This document shows positions 45,860 through 56,365 of a stretch of DNA of 64,000 nt, one piece after another. Location of the stretch: assembly GCA_965202665.1 (NCBI GenBank), contig OZ241841.1:1248001-1312000 (forward strand), in the 5' to 3' direction. The first letter of the stretch is position 1, and the number at the start of each line of letters is the position of its first letter. A program made the translations under genes and the position numbers. The notes beneath the pieces were generated by a model. It was not told the origin of the DNA. It worked only from the letters and a program-made list of their open reading frames with translations, and made no database searches. The stretch comes from Candidatus Spongiisociaceae bacterium (GTDB lineage Bacteria > Actinomycetota > Acidimicrobiia > Spongiisociales > Spongiisociaceae).

Positions 45860-46495
45860 GTGGAGAATTGCCGAGCGTCCAACAACCACCTGCCCGCGGC
45901 GACGGTGGAGCGGTTGCCCCGCTACCTGCGCTTGCTGGAACAGAAACCGGAGGCGCAGGCCACCATTTCCTCCACCGAGCTGGCCGCCGGGGTGGGGATG
46001 AACGCGGCGGGGGTGCGCAAAGACCTGTCCCGCCTCGGCTCCTACGGAAAACCGGGCACCGGCTACTACAAGGAGGAACTGACCGCCGTCATCCGCCGCC
46101 GGCTGGGGCTGACCGAAGACCGGCCGGTGGCGGTGATGGGAGCGGGCAACCTGGGGTCGGCCCTGGCCGGCTACGGCGGGTTCGCCCGGCGCGGTTTTCG
46201 CATCGTCGGCCTGTACGACGCCGCTCCCGGCAAGATCGGAACCGTAATCGGGGGGATAACGGTGCGTCCGGTGGAAGACCTGGCGGTCGACGCGGCCCGC
46301 GTCCCCATCGCGGTGGGGATTATCGCCACTCCGGCCGCAGTAGCCCAGGAAGTGGCCGATTTGCTGGCGGCGGCCGGCGTGTCGTCCATTCTCAACTTCG
46401 CCCCGGCCGCCCTGCAAGTTCCGAGCGGGATACATCTGCGCCAAGTGGATCTGGCCACCGAGTTGCAGATTCTCAGCTACCACCTAGCCGGGTAG
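45860..46495 (+). CDS. rex: redox-sensing transcriptional repressor Rex
   Basis: ATVERLPRYLR, ISSTELA, VRKDLS..GSYG..G.GY, GAGNLGSAL, ILNFAP, VDLA.EL. Start GTG approximate. Confidence 0.93.
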   Translation: MENCRASNNHLPAATVERLPRYLRLLEQKPEAQATISSTELAAGVGMNAAGVRKDLSRLGSYGKPGTGYYKEELTAVIRRRLGLTEDRPVAVMGAGNLGSALAGYGGFARRGFRIVGLYDAAPGKIGTVIGGITVRPVEDLAVDAARVPIAVGIIATPAAVAQEVADLLAAAGVSSILNFAPAALQVPSGIHLRQVDLATELQILSYHLAG

Positions 46496-46597
46496 GGCGA
46501 CTTGCGAGCCCCGGTTGCGGTTTGCCGATTCGGCTGCTGAGGGTTTGGCGGAAACGCCCGACGGCTCTAATCTGGGACGGCTCCCAAGAGGAAGGCC

Positions 46598-47032
46598 GTG
46601 ACCCTTTCCGACTACCTCCCCATAGCTGTGATGCTCGTCCTAGCGGCGGCCTTTGCGGGCGTGTCGCTGGTCGTCTCCTATCTTCTTTCCTACCGTCGTC
46701 CCACCCCCGAAAAACTGGAGCCTTACGAATGCGGGATCGTCACCGAGGCCGAACCGGTGCACCGCTTCCCGGTCAAGTTTTACCTGGTGGCCATCCTGTT
46801 CGTTATCTTCGATGTGGAAATCATTTTCCTGTTCGTATGGGCCTCCCAGTTTGAAACTTTGGGCTGGTTCGGAGCGGCGGCGGTGGGCCTGTTCACCCTG
46901 ATGATCGTGGAAACCCTGGGCTACGTGTGGAAACGGGGGGCCTTGGACTGGAACGAATCCCGCCGCGCCCGCTACCGCCCCGCCGACCCCGCCCCGGCGC
47001 CCGCCGCCGAACCGGCCGGGAAAGCCGCCTGA
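46598..47032 (+). CDS. nuoA: NADH-quinone oxidoreductase subunit A
   Basis: [27 protein letters not shown]. Confidence 0.95.
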   Translation: MTLSDYLPIAVMLVLAAAFAGVSLVVSYLLSYRRPTPEKLEPYECGIVTEAEPVHRFPVKFYLVAILFVIFDVEIIFLFVWASQFETLGWFGAAAVGLFTLMIVETLGYVWKRGALDWNESRRARYRPADPAPAPAAEPAGKAA

Positions 47033-47502
47033 TGGCCCGCCTGTCCTCCCCGCCCAACCTGCTCACCACCACTTTGGGCAAGGCCATGCGCTGGGCCCAA
47101 ACCCAATCAATGTGGCCCGCCACCTTCGGTTTGGCCTGTTGCGCCATCGAGATGATGGCCACCGGCACCGCCCACAACGACCTGGCCCGGTTCGGGATGG
47201 AAGTGTTCCGGGCCTCCCCCCGTCAAGCCGACCTGATGATCGTGGCCGGGCGGGTGTCGCAGAAGATGGCCCCGGTGTTGCGCCAGGTGTACGACCAGAT
47301 GGCCGACCCCAAATGGGTGATTTCCATGGGGGCGTGCGCCTCCACCGGCGGAATGTTCAACAACTACGCCCTGGTGCAGGGAGTGGACCAGGTGGTGCCG
47401 GTGGATATGTACGTGCCCGGGTGCCCCCCCGGACCGCAGTCGCTGATGCACGGCATCCTCACCTTGCAGGACCGGGTGATGAGCGGAGAGGCCGCCCGTT
47501 GA
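47032..47502 (+). CDS. nuoB: NADH-quinone oxidoreductase subunit B
   Basis: [30 protein letters not shown]. Confidence 0.96.
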   Translation: MARLSSPPNLLTTTLGKAMRWAQTQSMWPATFGLACCAIEMMATGTAHNDLARFGMEVFRASPRQADLMIVAGRVSQKMAPVLRQVYDQMADPKWVISMGACASTGGMFNNYALVQGVDQVVPVDMYVPGCPPGPQSLMHGILTLQDRVMSGEAAR

Positions 47503-48020
47503 CCACCGGCGCCCCCGACATCCCCGCCCCGGAAGCGCCCCCCGCCGGGGACGAACTCTTGGACGGCCTGCTGCAACGGGCGGAGGGGGCGGAGGCGGCC
47601 GTCTCGCTGGGGGATCAGACCATCCGGGTGGAACCCGGCCGCCTGCTCGCCCTGGCGGAGGCCGCCCATGAAGCCGGGTTTGAAATGTGCGTGGACATTA
47701 CCGCCGCGGACTATCTAGGGAGTCGCCCGGAACGGTTCGAGCTGGTGGTCAACCTGCTGTCGATTTCCCATAACCGGAGGTTGCGCATCCTGGCCGCCCT
47801 CCCGGAAAAAGACCCGACCGCCCCTTCGCTGACCTCCGTCTATCCGGGGGCCAACTTTTTGGAGCGGGAAGCGTACGACATGTTCGGCATCCGGTTCGAC
47901 GGCCATCCCGATTTGACCCGCATCCTCATGCCCGACGACTGGGAGGGCCATCCGTTGCGCAAAGACTTCGCGACGGGTGAAGTGCCGGTGCAGTTCAAAG
48001 AAACCCCGCAGGTGACATGA
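47499..48020 (+). CDS. nuoC: NADH-quinone oxidoreductase subunit C
   Basis: [36 protein letters not shown]; TTG start overlapping the nuoB stop. Confidence 0.94.
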   Translation: MTTGAPDIPAPEAPPAGDELLDGLLQRAEGAEAAVSLGDQTIRVEPGRLLALAEAAHEAGFEMCVDITAADYLGSRPERFELVVNLLSISHNRRLRILAALPEKDPTAPSLTSVYPGANFLEREAYDMFGIRFDGHPDLTRILMPDDWEGHPLRKDFATGEVPVQFKETPQVT

Positions 48021-49369
48021 CCGAGACCCGCACCTCCCAAACCGACGACCTGTGGCTGACCGGGACCGAAGTTCCGGAATGGATGGTGGCCGGCACCGAC
48101 GAAGGGGCCCAGGAGATGGAGCGGTCCGAAAGCGGGGGCCGGGCGGCGGAGCAGATGGGCTCGCGGGTGGCGGACGACTGGGTGATAGCCGACGAAACGG
48201 CCGACGACGAAAGAATGATCGTCAACATGGGCCCGCAGCACCCGTCCACTCACGGGGTGCTCCGCCTCAACTTGGAACTGGAAGGGGAAATCGTCCGGCG
48301 CGTCAAGCCGGTGATCGGCTACCTGCACACCGGGATGGAAAAAACGGCCGAAACCCTCACCTTCCTGCAAGGCGGGACCAACGTGACCCGCATGGACTAC
48401 CTGGCCCCGTTGCACAACGAACTCTGCTATTCGCTGGCGGTGGAAAAACTGCTGGGGGTGGAAATTCCGCCCCGGGCGCAGGCCATCCGCATTCTTATGA
48501 CCGAGTTGAACCGCATCTCCTCCCATCTGGTGGCCACCGCCACCAACGGAATGGACATCGGGGCCCTGTCCATGATGATGTACGGGTTCCGGGAGCGGGA
48601 GTTGATCCTGGCATTCTTCGAAAAAACCACCGGGCTGCGGATGAACCACAACTACATACGGCCCGGCGGGGTGGCGGCCGACCTGCCCGACGGCTGGCGG
48701 GAGGACGTGGGGGAAATCTTGGAGCGGATCCCGGCCGCCATGGCCGACTACGAGGATCTGCTGAAAGAGAACTCCATTTGGAAGGGACGCACGCAGGGGG
48801 TGGGGATCATCACCGCCCAAGAATGCCTGGCCTACGGGGTGACCGGCCCCATCCTCAAAGCCAGCGGGGTGGACTGGGACTTGCGCAAAACCCAGCCCTA
48901 TTGCGGAATAGAAGAGTACCAGTTCGACACGGTAACCGGACAGGCGGGGGACGTCTACGACCGCTACCGGGTGCGCATTGGGGAAATGCGCCAGTCGTTG
49001 CGCATCGTCGCCCAAGCCGCGGAGCGGATGCCCGCCGGGGATTACAAGACGGAAGACCGGAAAGTGTCGCCGCCGCCCCGCAAGCGGTTGGACGAATCCA
49101 TGGAGGCCCTCATCCACCATTTCAAAATCTACACCGAAGGGTTCAAAGTTCCGGAGGGGGAAACCTATGCGGCGGTGGAGTCGCCCCGGGGGGAGTTGGG
49201 ATGCTATCTGGTTTCGGACGGGGGCGGGCGGCCGTTGCGCATGCACACCCGGGGCCCCTCTTTCTCCAACCTGCAGGCCCTGCCGGTGATGATGGCCGGC
49301 TCCCCGGTGGCCGATGTAATCGCCGGCATCGCCTCTTTGGATCCGGTGATGGGGGACGTGGACCGGTGA
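48017..49369 (+). CDS. nuoD: NADH-quinone oxidoreductase subunit D
   Basis: NMGPQHPSTHGVLRL, GYLHTGMEK, RMDYL, MEALIHHFK, ESPRGELG, GDVDR. Confidence 0.96.
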   Translation: MTETRTSQTDDLWLTGTEVPEWMVAGTDEGAQEMERSESGGRAAEQMGSRVADDWVIADETADDERMIVNMGPQHPSTHGVLRLNLELEGEIVRRVKPVIGYLHTGMEKTAETLTFLQGGTNVTRMDYLAPLHNELCYSLAVEKLLGVEIPPRAQAIRILMTELNRISSHLVATATNGMDIGALSMMMYGFRERELILAFFEKTTGLRMNHNYIRPGGVAADLPDGWREDVGEILERIPAAMADYEDLLKENSIWKGRTQGVGIITAQECLAYGVTGPILKASGVDWDLRKTQPYCGIEEYQFDTVTGQAGDVYDRYRVRIGEMRQSLRIVAQAAERMPAGDYKTEDRKVSPPPRKRLDESMEALIHHFKIYTEGFKVPEGETYAAVESPRGELGCYLVSDGGGRPLRMHTRGPSFSNLQALPVMMAGSPVADVIAGIASLDPVMGDVDR

Positions 49370-50010
49370 CCGCCGCCCCTCCCTACGCCTGGTCCGAGCG
49401 GGCCGAAAGCTTGGCGGAGGCGGTGATGGCCCGCTATCCGCAACCCCGTTCGGCGGTCATGCCCCTGCTGTACATAGCCATGCGGGAAGACGGCCACCTG
49501 ACCGAGCCGGGAATGCGCAAAGTGGCGGAAATGACCGGGATCACCCCCGCCCAGGTGGCGGCGGCGGCCGGTTTCTACACGATGTACAAGCGGACCCCGG
49601 TGGGGAAATACCTGGTGTCGGTGTGCACCTCCATTTCTTGCTGGTTGCTGGGAGCGGACGACGTGTTGCGGGCGGTGGAGGCGACGGCCGGGGTTCCGTC
49701 CGGGGAAACCGATGAGGAGGGCCTGGTCTCCCCCGAGCACGTGGAATGCATCGGGGCTTGCGGAGGGGCCCCGGCGGTGCAGGTCAACTACGAGTTCGTG
49801 GAAGGGGTGACCCCGCAGGCGGCCCGGTCGCTGGTGGAATGGCTGCAAGCGGAACGGCCCGATTCGGTCAACGGGGACGACATGCAGGTGCGGTTCGGCG
49901 GTCCGGCCGGGTTTGACTGGGCCATCCCGGACCCGGCCCGGGCGGGGGGCCCGGCGCCCGCTTTCGGGCCGTTGGGAACCCTGGCCGGCGCCCCGGAGGA
50001 GGGACAATGA
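49366..50010 (+). CDS. nuoE: NADH-quinone oxidoreductase subunit E
   Basis: RYPQPRSAVMPLL, FYTMY, CTSISC...ECIGAC [2Fe-2S] ligands. Confidence 0.94.
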   Translation: MTAAPPYAWSERAESLAEAVMARYPQPRSAVMPLLYIAMREDGHLTEPGMRKVAEMTGITPAQVAAAAGFYTMYKRTPVGKYLVSVCTSISCWLLGADDVLRAVEATAGVPSGETDEEGLVSPEHVECIGACGGAPAVQVNYEFVEGVTPQAARSLVEWLQAERPDSVNGDDMQVRFGGPAGFDWAIPDPARAGGPAPAFGPLGTLAGAPEEGQ

Positions 50011-51341
50011 GCGAACCGCTGATCCTCACCTCCCGCATGAACGAACATCCCCGCACCAGCCACACCCGGGCCGTCTACGAGGAGACGGGCGGCTACCGGG
50101 CGTTGCGGACGGTGCTGGGCGGAAACGGGGACGGGCCGGGGATGACGCCAGAGGCGGTGACCGAAGAAGTAAAAACCTCCATGTTGCGGGGGCGGGGCGG
50201 GGCCGGGTTTCCGGCCGGGATGAAATGGAGTTTTCTGGCCCCCGCCCGGCCCTCCTATCTGGTGGTGAACGCCGACGAGTCGGAGCCGGGCACCTTCAAG
50301 GACCGCCAGTTGATGGAGCGGGACCCCCACCAGCTGGTGGAAGGGGTGATCATCGCCTCCTACGCCAACGAGGCGCATCACGCCTTCATCTACATCCGGG
50401 GCGAATACCCCAAGTCGGCCCGCCGGGTGCAGGCGGCGACGGACGAAGCCTACGCCGCCGGGTATCTGGGAGGGAACATCCTGGGGAGCGGATTCGACTT
50501 GGAGGTAACCGTTCATTTGGGGGCGGGGGCTTACATCTGCGGGGAGGAAACCGCCCTGCTCAACAGCTTGGAGGGGAAACGGGGCGAGCCCCGCCTGAAA
50601 CCCCCCTATTTTCCAGCCGCCAAAGGCCTTTACATGCAACCCACCATCGTCAACAACGTGGAAACCCTGTCCAACCTGCCCTGGATCATCAACAACGGAG
50701 GGGAGGCCTACGCGGCCATCGGCCCCCCCGACTCCCCCGGGCGGCGGATGTGCTCCGTTTCCGGGCATGTCAACCGGCCGGGCAACTACGAAATGACGGA
50801 AGGGATGACTTGGCGCCATCTCATTTATGAAACGGCGGGCGGCATCCGGAACGGGAACCGCCTGAAGGCGTGGGTGCCGGGCGGGGCCTCCGCCCCCTGG
50901 TTCGTGCCCGACCGTCATCTGGACACCGAAGTGACCAAGGCGGTGATCGACGCCCAAGGTTCCATGGTCGGGTCGGGGGCGGTGATCGTGATGGACCACA
51001 CCACCGACATGGTGGCGGCCGCGGAACGGCTGGTGCGGTTTTTCGCCCACGAGTCGTGCGGGCAGTGCACCCCCTGCCGGGAAGGGACCGTCTGGCTGGA
51101 CATGATCCTGCGTCGCATAATGGACGGGCAGGGGCGGCCGGCGGACGCCGACCTGCTGTACGACGTGTCGGACAACATCTCCCCCGGGGTGGCCTGGCCG
51201 CCCAAGATGACCACCATCTGCCCGTTGGGGCCGTCGGCGGTGTCGCCGGTGGATTCCCTCCTCAAATATTTCCGGGACGAAGTGGACGAATACCTGCGGG
51301 CGGCCAACCTGGTCCCGGTGGAAATCGGAGCGGCGGTATGA
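50007..51341 (+). CDS. nuoF: NADH-quinone oxidoreductase subunit F
   Basis: LRGRGGAGF, NADESEPG, GAGAYICGEETAL, ESCGQCTPCREG...TICPLG. Confidence 0.96.
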   Translation: MSEPLILTSRMNEHPRTSHTRAVYEETGGYRALRTVLGGNGDGPGMTPEAVTEEVKTSMLRGRGGAGFPAGMKWSFLAPARPSYLVVNADESEPGTFKDRQLMERDPHQLVEGVIIASYANEAHHAFIYIRGEYPKSARRVQAATDEAYAAGYLGGNILGSGFDLEVTVHLGAGAYICGEETALLNSLEGKRGEPRLKPPYFPAAKGLYMQPTIVNNVETLSNLPWIINNGGEAYAAIGPPDSPGRRMCSVSGHVNRPGNYEMTEGMTWRHLIYETAGGIRNGNRLKAWVPGGASAPWFVPDRHLDTEVTKAVIDAQGSMVGSGAVIVMDHTTDMVAAAERLVRFFAHESCGQCTPCREGTVWLDMILRRIMDGQGRPADADLLYDVSDNISPGVAWPPKMTTICPLGPSAVSPVDSLLKYFRDEVDEYLRAANLVPVEIGAAV

Positions 51342-53746
51342 GCGGAGACGGGCGGGAAATGGCTACGGTGGTCATCGACGGGCGGGAAGTGCGGGCCGCG
51401 GCCGGGGAGTTGCTGATCAAAGTGGCCGAAGAGAACGGGACCCACATTCCCCGCTTCTGCTGGCATCCCCGCATGAACCCGGTGGGGATGTGCCGCATGT
51501 GCCTGGTGGAAATCGACACCCCCCGCGGGCGGGCCCTCATCCCCTCCTGCATGCAACCGGTGTCGGACGGGATGGTGGCCCACACCCAGTCGGAAACGGC
51601 CCTGAAAGCCCAGGAGGGGGTGCTGGAGTTCCTGCTCATCAACCATCCGTTGGACTGCCCGGTGTGCGACAAAGGGGGGGAATGCCCGCTCCAGGATCAG
51701 ACCATGTCCTACGGGCCGGGGGAAAGCCGGTTCGTGGAGGAAAAACGGCACTTTGAGAAACCGATCCCCATCAGCGACCTGGTGCTGTTGGACCGGGAGC
51801 GGTGCATCCTGTGCGCCCGGTGCACCCGTTTTTCCGATGAGATTTCCGGCGACCCGCTCATCGAATTCCAAGGGCGGGGCTCGTACACCCAGGTGCTGAC
51901 CTTCCCCGACGAGCCGTTCAACTCCTACTTTTCGGGCAACACCGTGCAGATCTGCCCGGTGGGGGCCCTCACCGCCGTCCCCTACCGTTTCCGGGCCCGT
52001 CCCTGGGATTTGCGCATCGTGGAAAGCACCGGCGGCTTCCACGCCGAAGGCTCCCGGATAGCGGTGCACGCCTCCCAGAACCGGGTGTTGCGTTTTCTGG
52101 GGGTGGACAACGGGGCGGTGAACCAGGGTTGGCTGTCGGACAAGGAACGGTTCGGCTTCGAATACATCAACTCCCCCGACCGGTTGCGCACCCCCCTCAT
52201 CCGCAACCCCGACGGGGAACTGCGGGAGGCCGGCTGGGGGGAGGCCTTGGACTTGGCGGCGGAGCGCCTCGGCGAAGCCGGAGGACGGTCGGCGGCTTTG
52301 GGCGGGGCCCGGGGAACCAACGAGGACGCCTACGCCCTGTCCAAATTTATGCGGGAGGCGGTCGGCTCCCACAACCTGGACTGCCAGCTGGGAGACGGCT
52401 TGGAGCCGGGGTTTCTGGCCGGGACGGCCGGGAGGGGGCGGATCGACGATTTGGAGCGGGCGGGGGCGGTGTTGGCGTGGGGGCCGGACTTGAAAGAAAC
52501 CCATCCCATCCTCTACCTGCGGGCGCGGCGGGCCGCAACGGAGTTGGGCGCGCAGTTGGTGATCCTCCACCCCCGTCGCACCGGGTTGGATGATCGGGCG
52601 GCCCACAAGTTCGCCTACCGCCCCGGGCAGGGGGCGGAGATGCTGCAAGCCCTGCGGGCCGGGGAGGGGCCTTTGGCCGCCGCCCGCAACGCTCTGGAAG
52701 AGGGGCCTTTGCTGGCCCTGGTGGGGCGGTGCGGACTGGGGGAAGATCCCCGGTTGGCGGAAGGGGCGGCCGCTTTCGCCTTGGAGTTGGGGGGGACGGT
52801 TCTGCCTTTGGCGCACCGGGGCAACACTTTCGGAGCGCTGGACATGGGGGTGTCGCCCGGGCTCCTGCCGGGGCGGAGGGAGCTGGACGACCCTTCCGCG
52901 GCCGGGTGGGATGCGGCCGGGATGGCTCGGGCGGCGGCGGACGGGGAGTTGGAGGTCCTGTTGCTGATGGGGGCGGACCCGGTGCGGGATTTGGCGGGGG
53001 CGGACGGGGGGGCGCTGGTGGACGGAGCGGGCTTCGTCATCGCCCTGGATTTGTTCCTCACCGACTCCTCCCGCCGGGCGGACGTGGTTCTGCCGGCGGC
53101 CGCCTTCGCTGAAAAAGAGGGCTCCGTCACCAACCTGGAAGGACGGGTGCAGAAAGTCAACCGGCTGATTTCCGCCCCCGGCCAAGCCCAAGCCGACTGG
53201 TCCGTCTTAGACGACTTGGCCTCCCGCCTGGGACGGCCCCTGAGTTTGGAATCCCCGCAGGCCATTTCCGAAGAAATCACCGAAAAAGCCCCCGCCTACC
53301 GGGGGATAACCTGGTCCTACCTGGAAAAAGAAGCCAAGGAGGGGGCGGTGGTGCCGCTGGCGGAGGCCGACCAGCCCCTGCGCTACCAGCCCCGGCCCGC
53401 CCCTCCCCCCTCCCCCGCTCCCAACGGGGACCTCCCCGCCCTGCATCTGGCCCGCACCCTCTACGACGACGGAACGGCCATGCGCCACAGCCCCTCCCTG
53501 CATCCCCTGGCCCCCGGGACCGCCTGCCATATCCGTCCCGAACACGCCGCCGCCCTGGGGGCGGAGGAAGGAAGCCGGGTGGCGGTGCGGGCCGGTGAAA
53601 CGACGCTGGAAGCGCCCATCCGGCTGGACGACAGCTTGGCGGCGGGAACCGTCTACCTCCCGTTCAACCAGCCGGATGCGCCGCCGCTGGGAGCGGCGGC
53701 CGGGGCGGCGGCGGAGCTGACCCCGCTACCCGCCGGAGGGAAATAA
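51338..53746 (+). CDS. nuoG: NADH-quinone oxidoreductase subunit G
   Basis: PRFCWH, GMCRMCLVE, HPLDCPVCDKGGECPLQD, RCILCARC, CPVGAL; molybdopterin-fold C-terminus. Confidence 0.95.
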   Translation: MSGDGREMATVVIDGREVRAAAGELLIKVAEENGTHIPRFCWHPRMNPVGMCRMCLVEIDTPRGRALIPSCMQPVSDGMVAHTQSETALKAQEGVLEFLLINHPLDCPVCDKGGECPLQDQTMSYGPGESRFVEEKRHFEKPIPISDLVLLDRERCILCARCTRFSDEISGDPLIEFQGRGSYTQVLTFPDEPFNSYFSGNTVQICPVGALTAVPYRFRARPWDLRIVESTGGFHAEGSRIAVHASQNRVLRFLGVDNGAVNQGWLSDKERFGFEYINSPDRLRTPLIRNPDGELREAGWGEALDLAAERLGEAGGRSAALGGARGTNEDAYALSKFMREAVGSHNLDCQLGDGLEPGFLAGTAGRGRIDDLERAGAVLAWGPDLKETHPILYLRARRAATELGAQLVILHPRRTGLDDRAAHKFAYRPGQGAEMLQALRAGEGPLAAARNALEEGPLLALVGRCGLGEDPRLAEGAAAFALELGGTVLPLAHRGNTFGALDMGVSPGLLPGRRELDDPSAAGWDAAGMARAAADGELEVLLLMGADPVRDLAGADGGALVDGAGFVIALDLFLTDSSRRADVVLPAAAFAEKEGSVTNLEGRVQKVNRLISAPGQAQADWSVLDDLASRLGRPLSLESPQAISEEITEKAPAYRGITWSYLEKEAKEGAVVPLAEADQPLRYQPRPAPPPSPAPNGDLPALHLARTLYDDGTAMRHSPSLHPLAPGTACHIRPEHAAALGAEEGSRVAVRAGETTLEAPIRLDDSLAAGTVYLPFNQPDAPPLGAAAGAAAELTPLPAGGK

Positions 53747-54831
53747 TGGACGGATGGGACTTGTTGCTCATCGCCCTCCGGGTGCTGGCGGTGTTCGCCC
53801 TTTTGATGGCGGTCCCCGTCCTGCTCATCTGGTTCGAGCGCAAAATCGTGGCCGACATGCAGAACCGGGTCGGGCCCGACCGGGCCGGACCGTGGGGAAT
53901 TTTGCAGACGGTGGCCGACGGCCTGAAACTGTTTTTCAAAGAACAGATCACCCCCCGCAAAGCGGAGTTGGGCCTCTACCTGGCCGCCCCCATGCTGGCC
54001 GCCGTTCCCGCCTTTCTGATGTTCATGGTGGTCCCCTTCGGACGCCCTTTCACCGTCACCCTGGGCGGAGTGGAACGCACCGTTCCCCTGCAAGGGGCGG
54101 ACCTGAACGTGGGTTTGCTGTTCGTGCTGGCCATGTCCTCCATCGCGGTGTACGCGGTGGTGCTGGCCGGCTGGGCCTCCGGCTCCAAATACCCGTTGCT
54201 GGGCGGGGTGCGGGCCACCGCCCAGGCCATCTCCTACGAGGCGGCCATGGGATTGTCGCTGGTGCCGGTGGTGTTGTACAGCGGGTCGTTGCGCATTTCC
54301 GAAATCGTGGAAAGCCAGCGGCAAACCCTCACTTTCCTGGACTGGGGAATCGGCCTCCCGGCGTGGAACGGGATCATCCTCGCTCCCTCCTTCGTCATCT
54401 TTTTCATCGCGGCCGTGGCCGAAACCAACCGGGCCCCCTTCGATTTGGTGGAAGCGGAGCAGGAAATCGTCGGCGGATTCCACACCGAATATTCCGGGTT
54501 GCGCTTCGCCCTGTTTTTCCTGGCCGAATACATAAACATTTTCACGATGTCCGCCTTGGCGGTCACCCTGTTTCTGGGCGGCTGGTCGGGTCCGACTTGG
54601 GACGGCGCCCTGCCCGCTTTCGTCAGCGGCGTCCTCCCCACCGTCTGGTTCCTTCTCAAAACACTCGTTTTCCTGTTCCTGTACGTGTGGTTGCGGGCCA
54701 CTTTGCCCCGCCTGCGCTACGACCAACTGATGACCTTGGGGTGGAAGCGCCTCATACCCGCCTCCCTGGTCTGGATCGTGTGCGTGGGCGGCGCGCTGTC
54801 GGTGCGCGAGTTCGGTCTTCCTTGGAGTTGA
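53746..54831 (+). CDS. nuoH: NADH-quinone oxidoreductase subunit H
   Basis: [49 protein letters not shown]. Confidence 0.96.
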   Translation: MDGWDLLLIALRVLAVFALLMAVPVLLIWFERKIVADMQNRVGPDRAGPWGILQTVADGLKLFFKEQITPRKAELGLYLAAPMLAAVPAFLMFMVVPFGRPFTVTLGGVERTVPLQGADLNVGLLFVLAMSSIAVYAVVLAGWASGSKYPLLGGVRATAQAISYEAAMGLSLVPVVLYSGSLRISEIVESQRQTLTFLDWGIGLPAWNGIILAPSFVIFFIAAVAETNRAPFDLVEAEQEIVGGFHTEYSGLRFALFFLAEYINIFTMSALAVTLFLGGWSGPTWDGALPAFVSGVLPTVWFLLKTLVFLFLYVWLRATLPRLRYDQLMTLGWKRLIPASLVWIVCVGGALSVREFGLPWS

Positions 54832-54832
54832 A

Positions 54833-55474
54833 ATGGATCCGATAAGAGCGTTCCTGAAAGGCATGGCCGTCACTTGGCGGCAGTTTGTCTCCACTATGGT
54901 CGGCAAAGGGCTGGTCACTACCAAATACCCGCAGGAGATGCGGGAAAAACCGCAACGTTTCCACGGCCGCCACGTCCTGAACCGTTACGAAGACGGCATG
55001 GAAAAATGCATCGGGTGCGAGCTGTGCGCCGGGGCTTGTCCGGCCCGATGCATCTACGTGCGGGGGGCCGACAATCCCGAAGAGGAGCCCGTCAGCCCCG
55101 GGGAACGTTACGGGTTCATCTACGAAATCAACATGTTGCGCTGCATTTTCTGCGGCTTGTGCGTAGAGGCCTGCCCCACCGAGGCCATCACCCACACCCA
55201 GCTGTTCGAAATGTCCTCCTCCAACCGGGCGGACGCCATCTACACCAAAACGGAGCTGCTGGTGGAGCAAGACGGCTCCCCCGCCCATATGTTCGACTCC
55301 GACCCTTACGCCGACCTGGGGGAACTGAACAAGGCCGACGGGTGGCTGCGGGCCACCTCCCCGCAGGGGCGGGCCGCCTACGAAGGGGTGGTCGGCTGGA
55401 CCGGCTCGGCCGGGACCGGAGTGCGCCCCCCGGAACGGGGGCAGTCGGAGGAGGAGACGGGGCCCGATGGTTGA
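54833..55474 (+). CDS. nuoI: NADH-quinone oxidoreductase subunit I
   Basis: [30 protein letters not shown]. Confidence 0.96.
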   Translation: MDPIRAFLKGMAVTWRQFVSTMVGKGLVTTKYPQEMREKPQRFHGRHVLNRYEDGMEKCIGCELCAGACPARCIYVRGADNPEEEPVSPGERYGFIYEINMLRCIFCGLCVEACPTEAITHTQLFEMSSSNRADAIYTKTELLVEQDGSPAHMFDSDPYADLGELNKADGWLRATSPQGRAAYEGVVGWTGSAGTGVRPPERGQSEEETGPDG

Positions 55475-56063
55475 ACTGGTCATTTTCATCCTGATGGGGG
55501 CGGCGGCCTTGGCGGGAGCGCTGGCGGTGGTTTTGGGACGCAACCCGGTATACGGGGCCATCGGGCTGATGGCCACCCTGTTCGCCTTGGCCGTGTTCTA
55601 CGTGGTGCATCTGGCCCATTTCGTAGCCGCGGTGCAGGTCATCGTATACGCCGGGGCGGTGATCACCCTTTTCCTGTTCGTGATCATGTTCATCGGGGTG
55701 GACCGGATGGATCGAATGAAAGAGAAACTGGCCTTCCAGCGGCCGCTGGCTCTGATAGTGGTGGTCGGGGCGGTGGTAGCGGCCGGGATACTGGTGGTGA
55801 CCGGCCGCTTCGACTGGGTGATAACCGACGGGGCCCCCGCCCCGGCCGTGACCGGATCCATCGAGGAAATCGGGTCCAACCTGATCAGCGTCCCCGCCCC
55901 GGACGGCGGGCGTACCGCCTCCCCCTGGCTTCTGGCCTTCGAAGCCACCTCCGCCCTGCTGGTGGTGGCGGCGGTGGGGGCCATCGCCCTGGCCTTCCAC
56001 CGGGCCCGGCCCGGGGACAAACCCGGAGAAGAATCCCCCCCGTCGCCGGAGGAGGGCCGATGA
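55467..56063 (+). CDS. nuoJ: NADH-quinone oxidoreductase subunit J
   Basis: [31 protein letters not shown]. Confidence 0.94.
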   Translation: MVELVIFILMGAAALAGALAVVLGRNPVYGAIGLMATLFALAVFYVVHLAHFVAAVQVIVYAGAVITLFLFVIMFIGVDRMDRMKEKLAFQRPLALIVVVGAVVAAGILVVTGRFDWVITDGAPAPAVTGSIEEIGSNLISVPAPDGGRTASPWLLAFEATSALLVVAAVGAIALAFHRARPGDKPGEESPPSPEEGR

Positions 56064-56365
56064 TCGTCACCGCCGGCTGGTACATGACCCTGGCCGCGGC
56101 CCTGTTTCTCATCGGGACTTTGGGACTTCTGCTCCGCAACAACGCCCTGGTGATGTTCATGTCCATAGAACTGATGCTGAATGCGGTCAACCTGACTTTC
56201 GTGGCCGCCGCCCGGGCGCACGGGCTGATCGACGGGCAGATGGCGGTGCTGTTCGTGTTGGTGGTGGCGGCGGCGGAAGTGGCGGTGGGGCTGGCCATCA
56301 TCGTTTCCGTTTTCCGCACCCGGCGCACCGCCTCGGTGGATGACTTGGCGGAGCTGGCCGGATGA
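56060..56365 (+). CDS. nuoK: NADH-quinone oxidoreductase subunit K
   Basis: [22 protein letters not shown]. Confidence 0.95.
   Translation: MIVTAGWYMTLAAALFLIGTLGLLLRNNALVMFMSIELMLNAVNLTFVAAARAHGLIDGQMAVLFVLVVAAAEVAVGLAIIVSVFRTRRTASVDDLAELAG

Noticed and set aside
46496-46597. Rex operator upstream of nuoA
   Set aside because: No TTGTGAA-N4-TTCACAA-like sequence was found here or upstream of rex.
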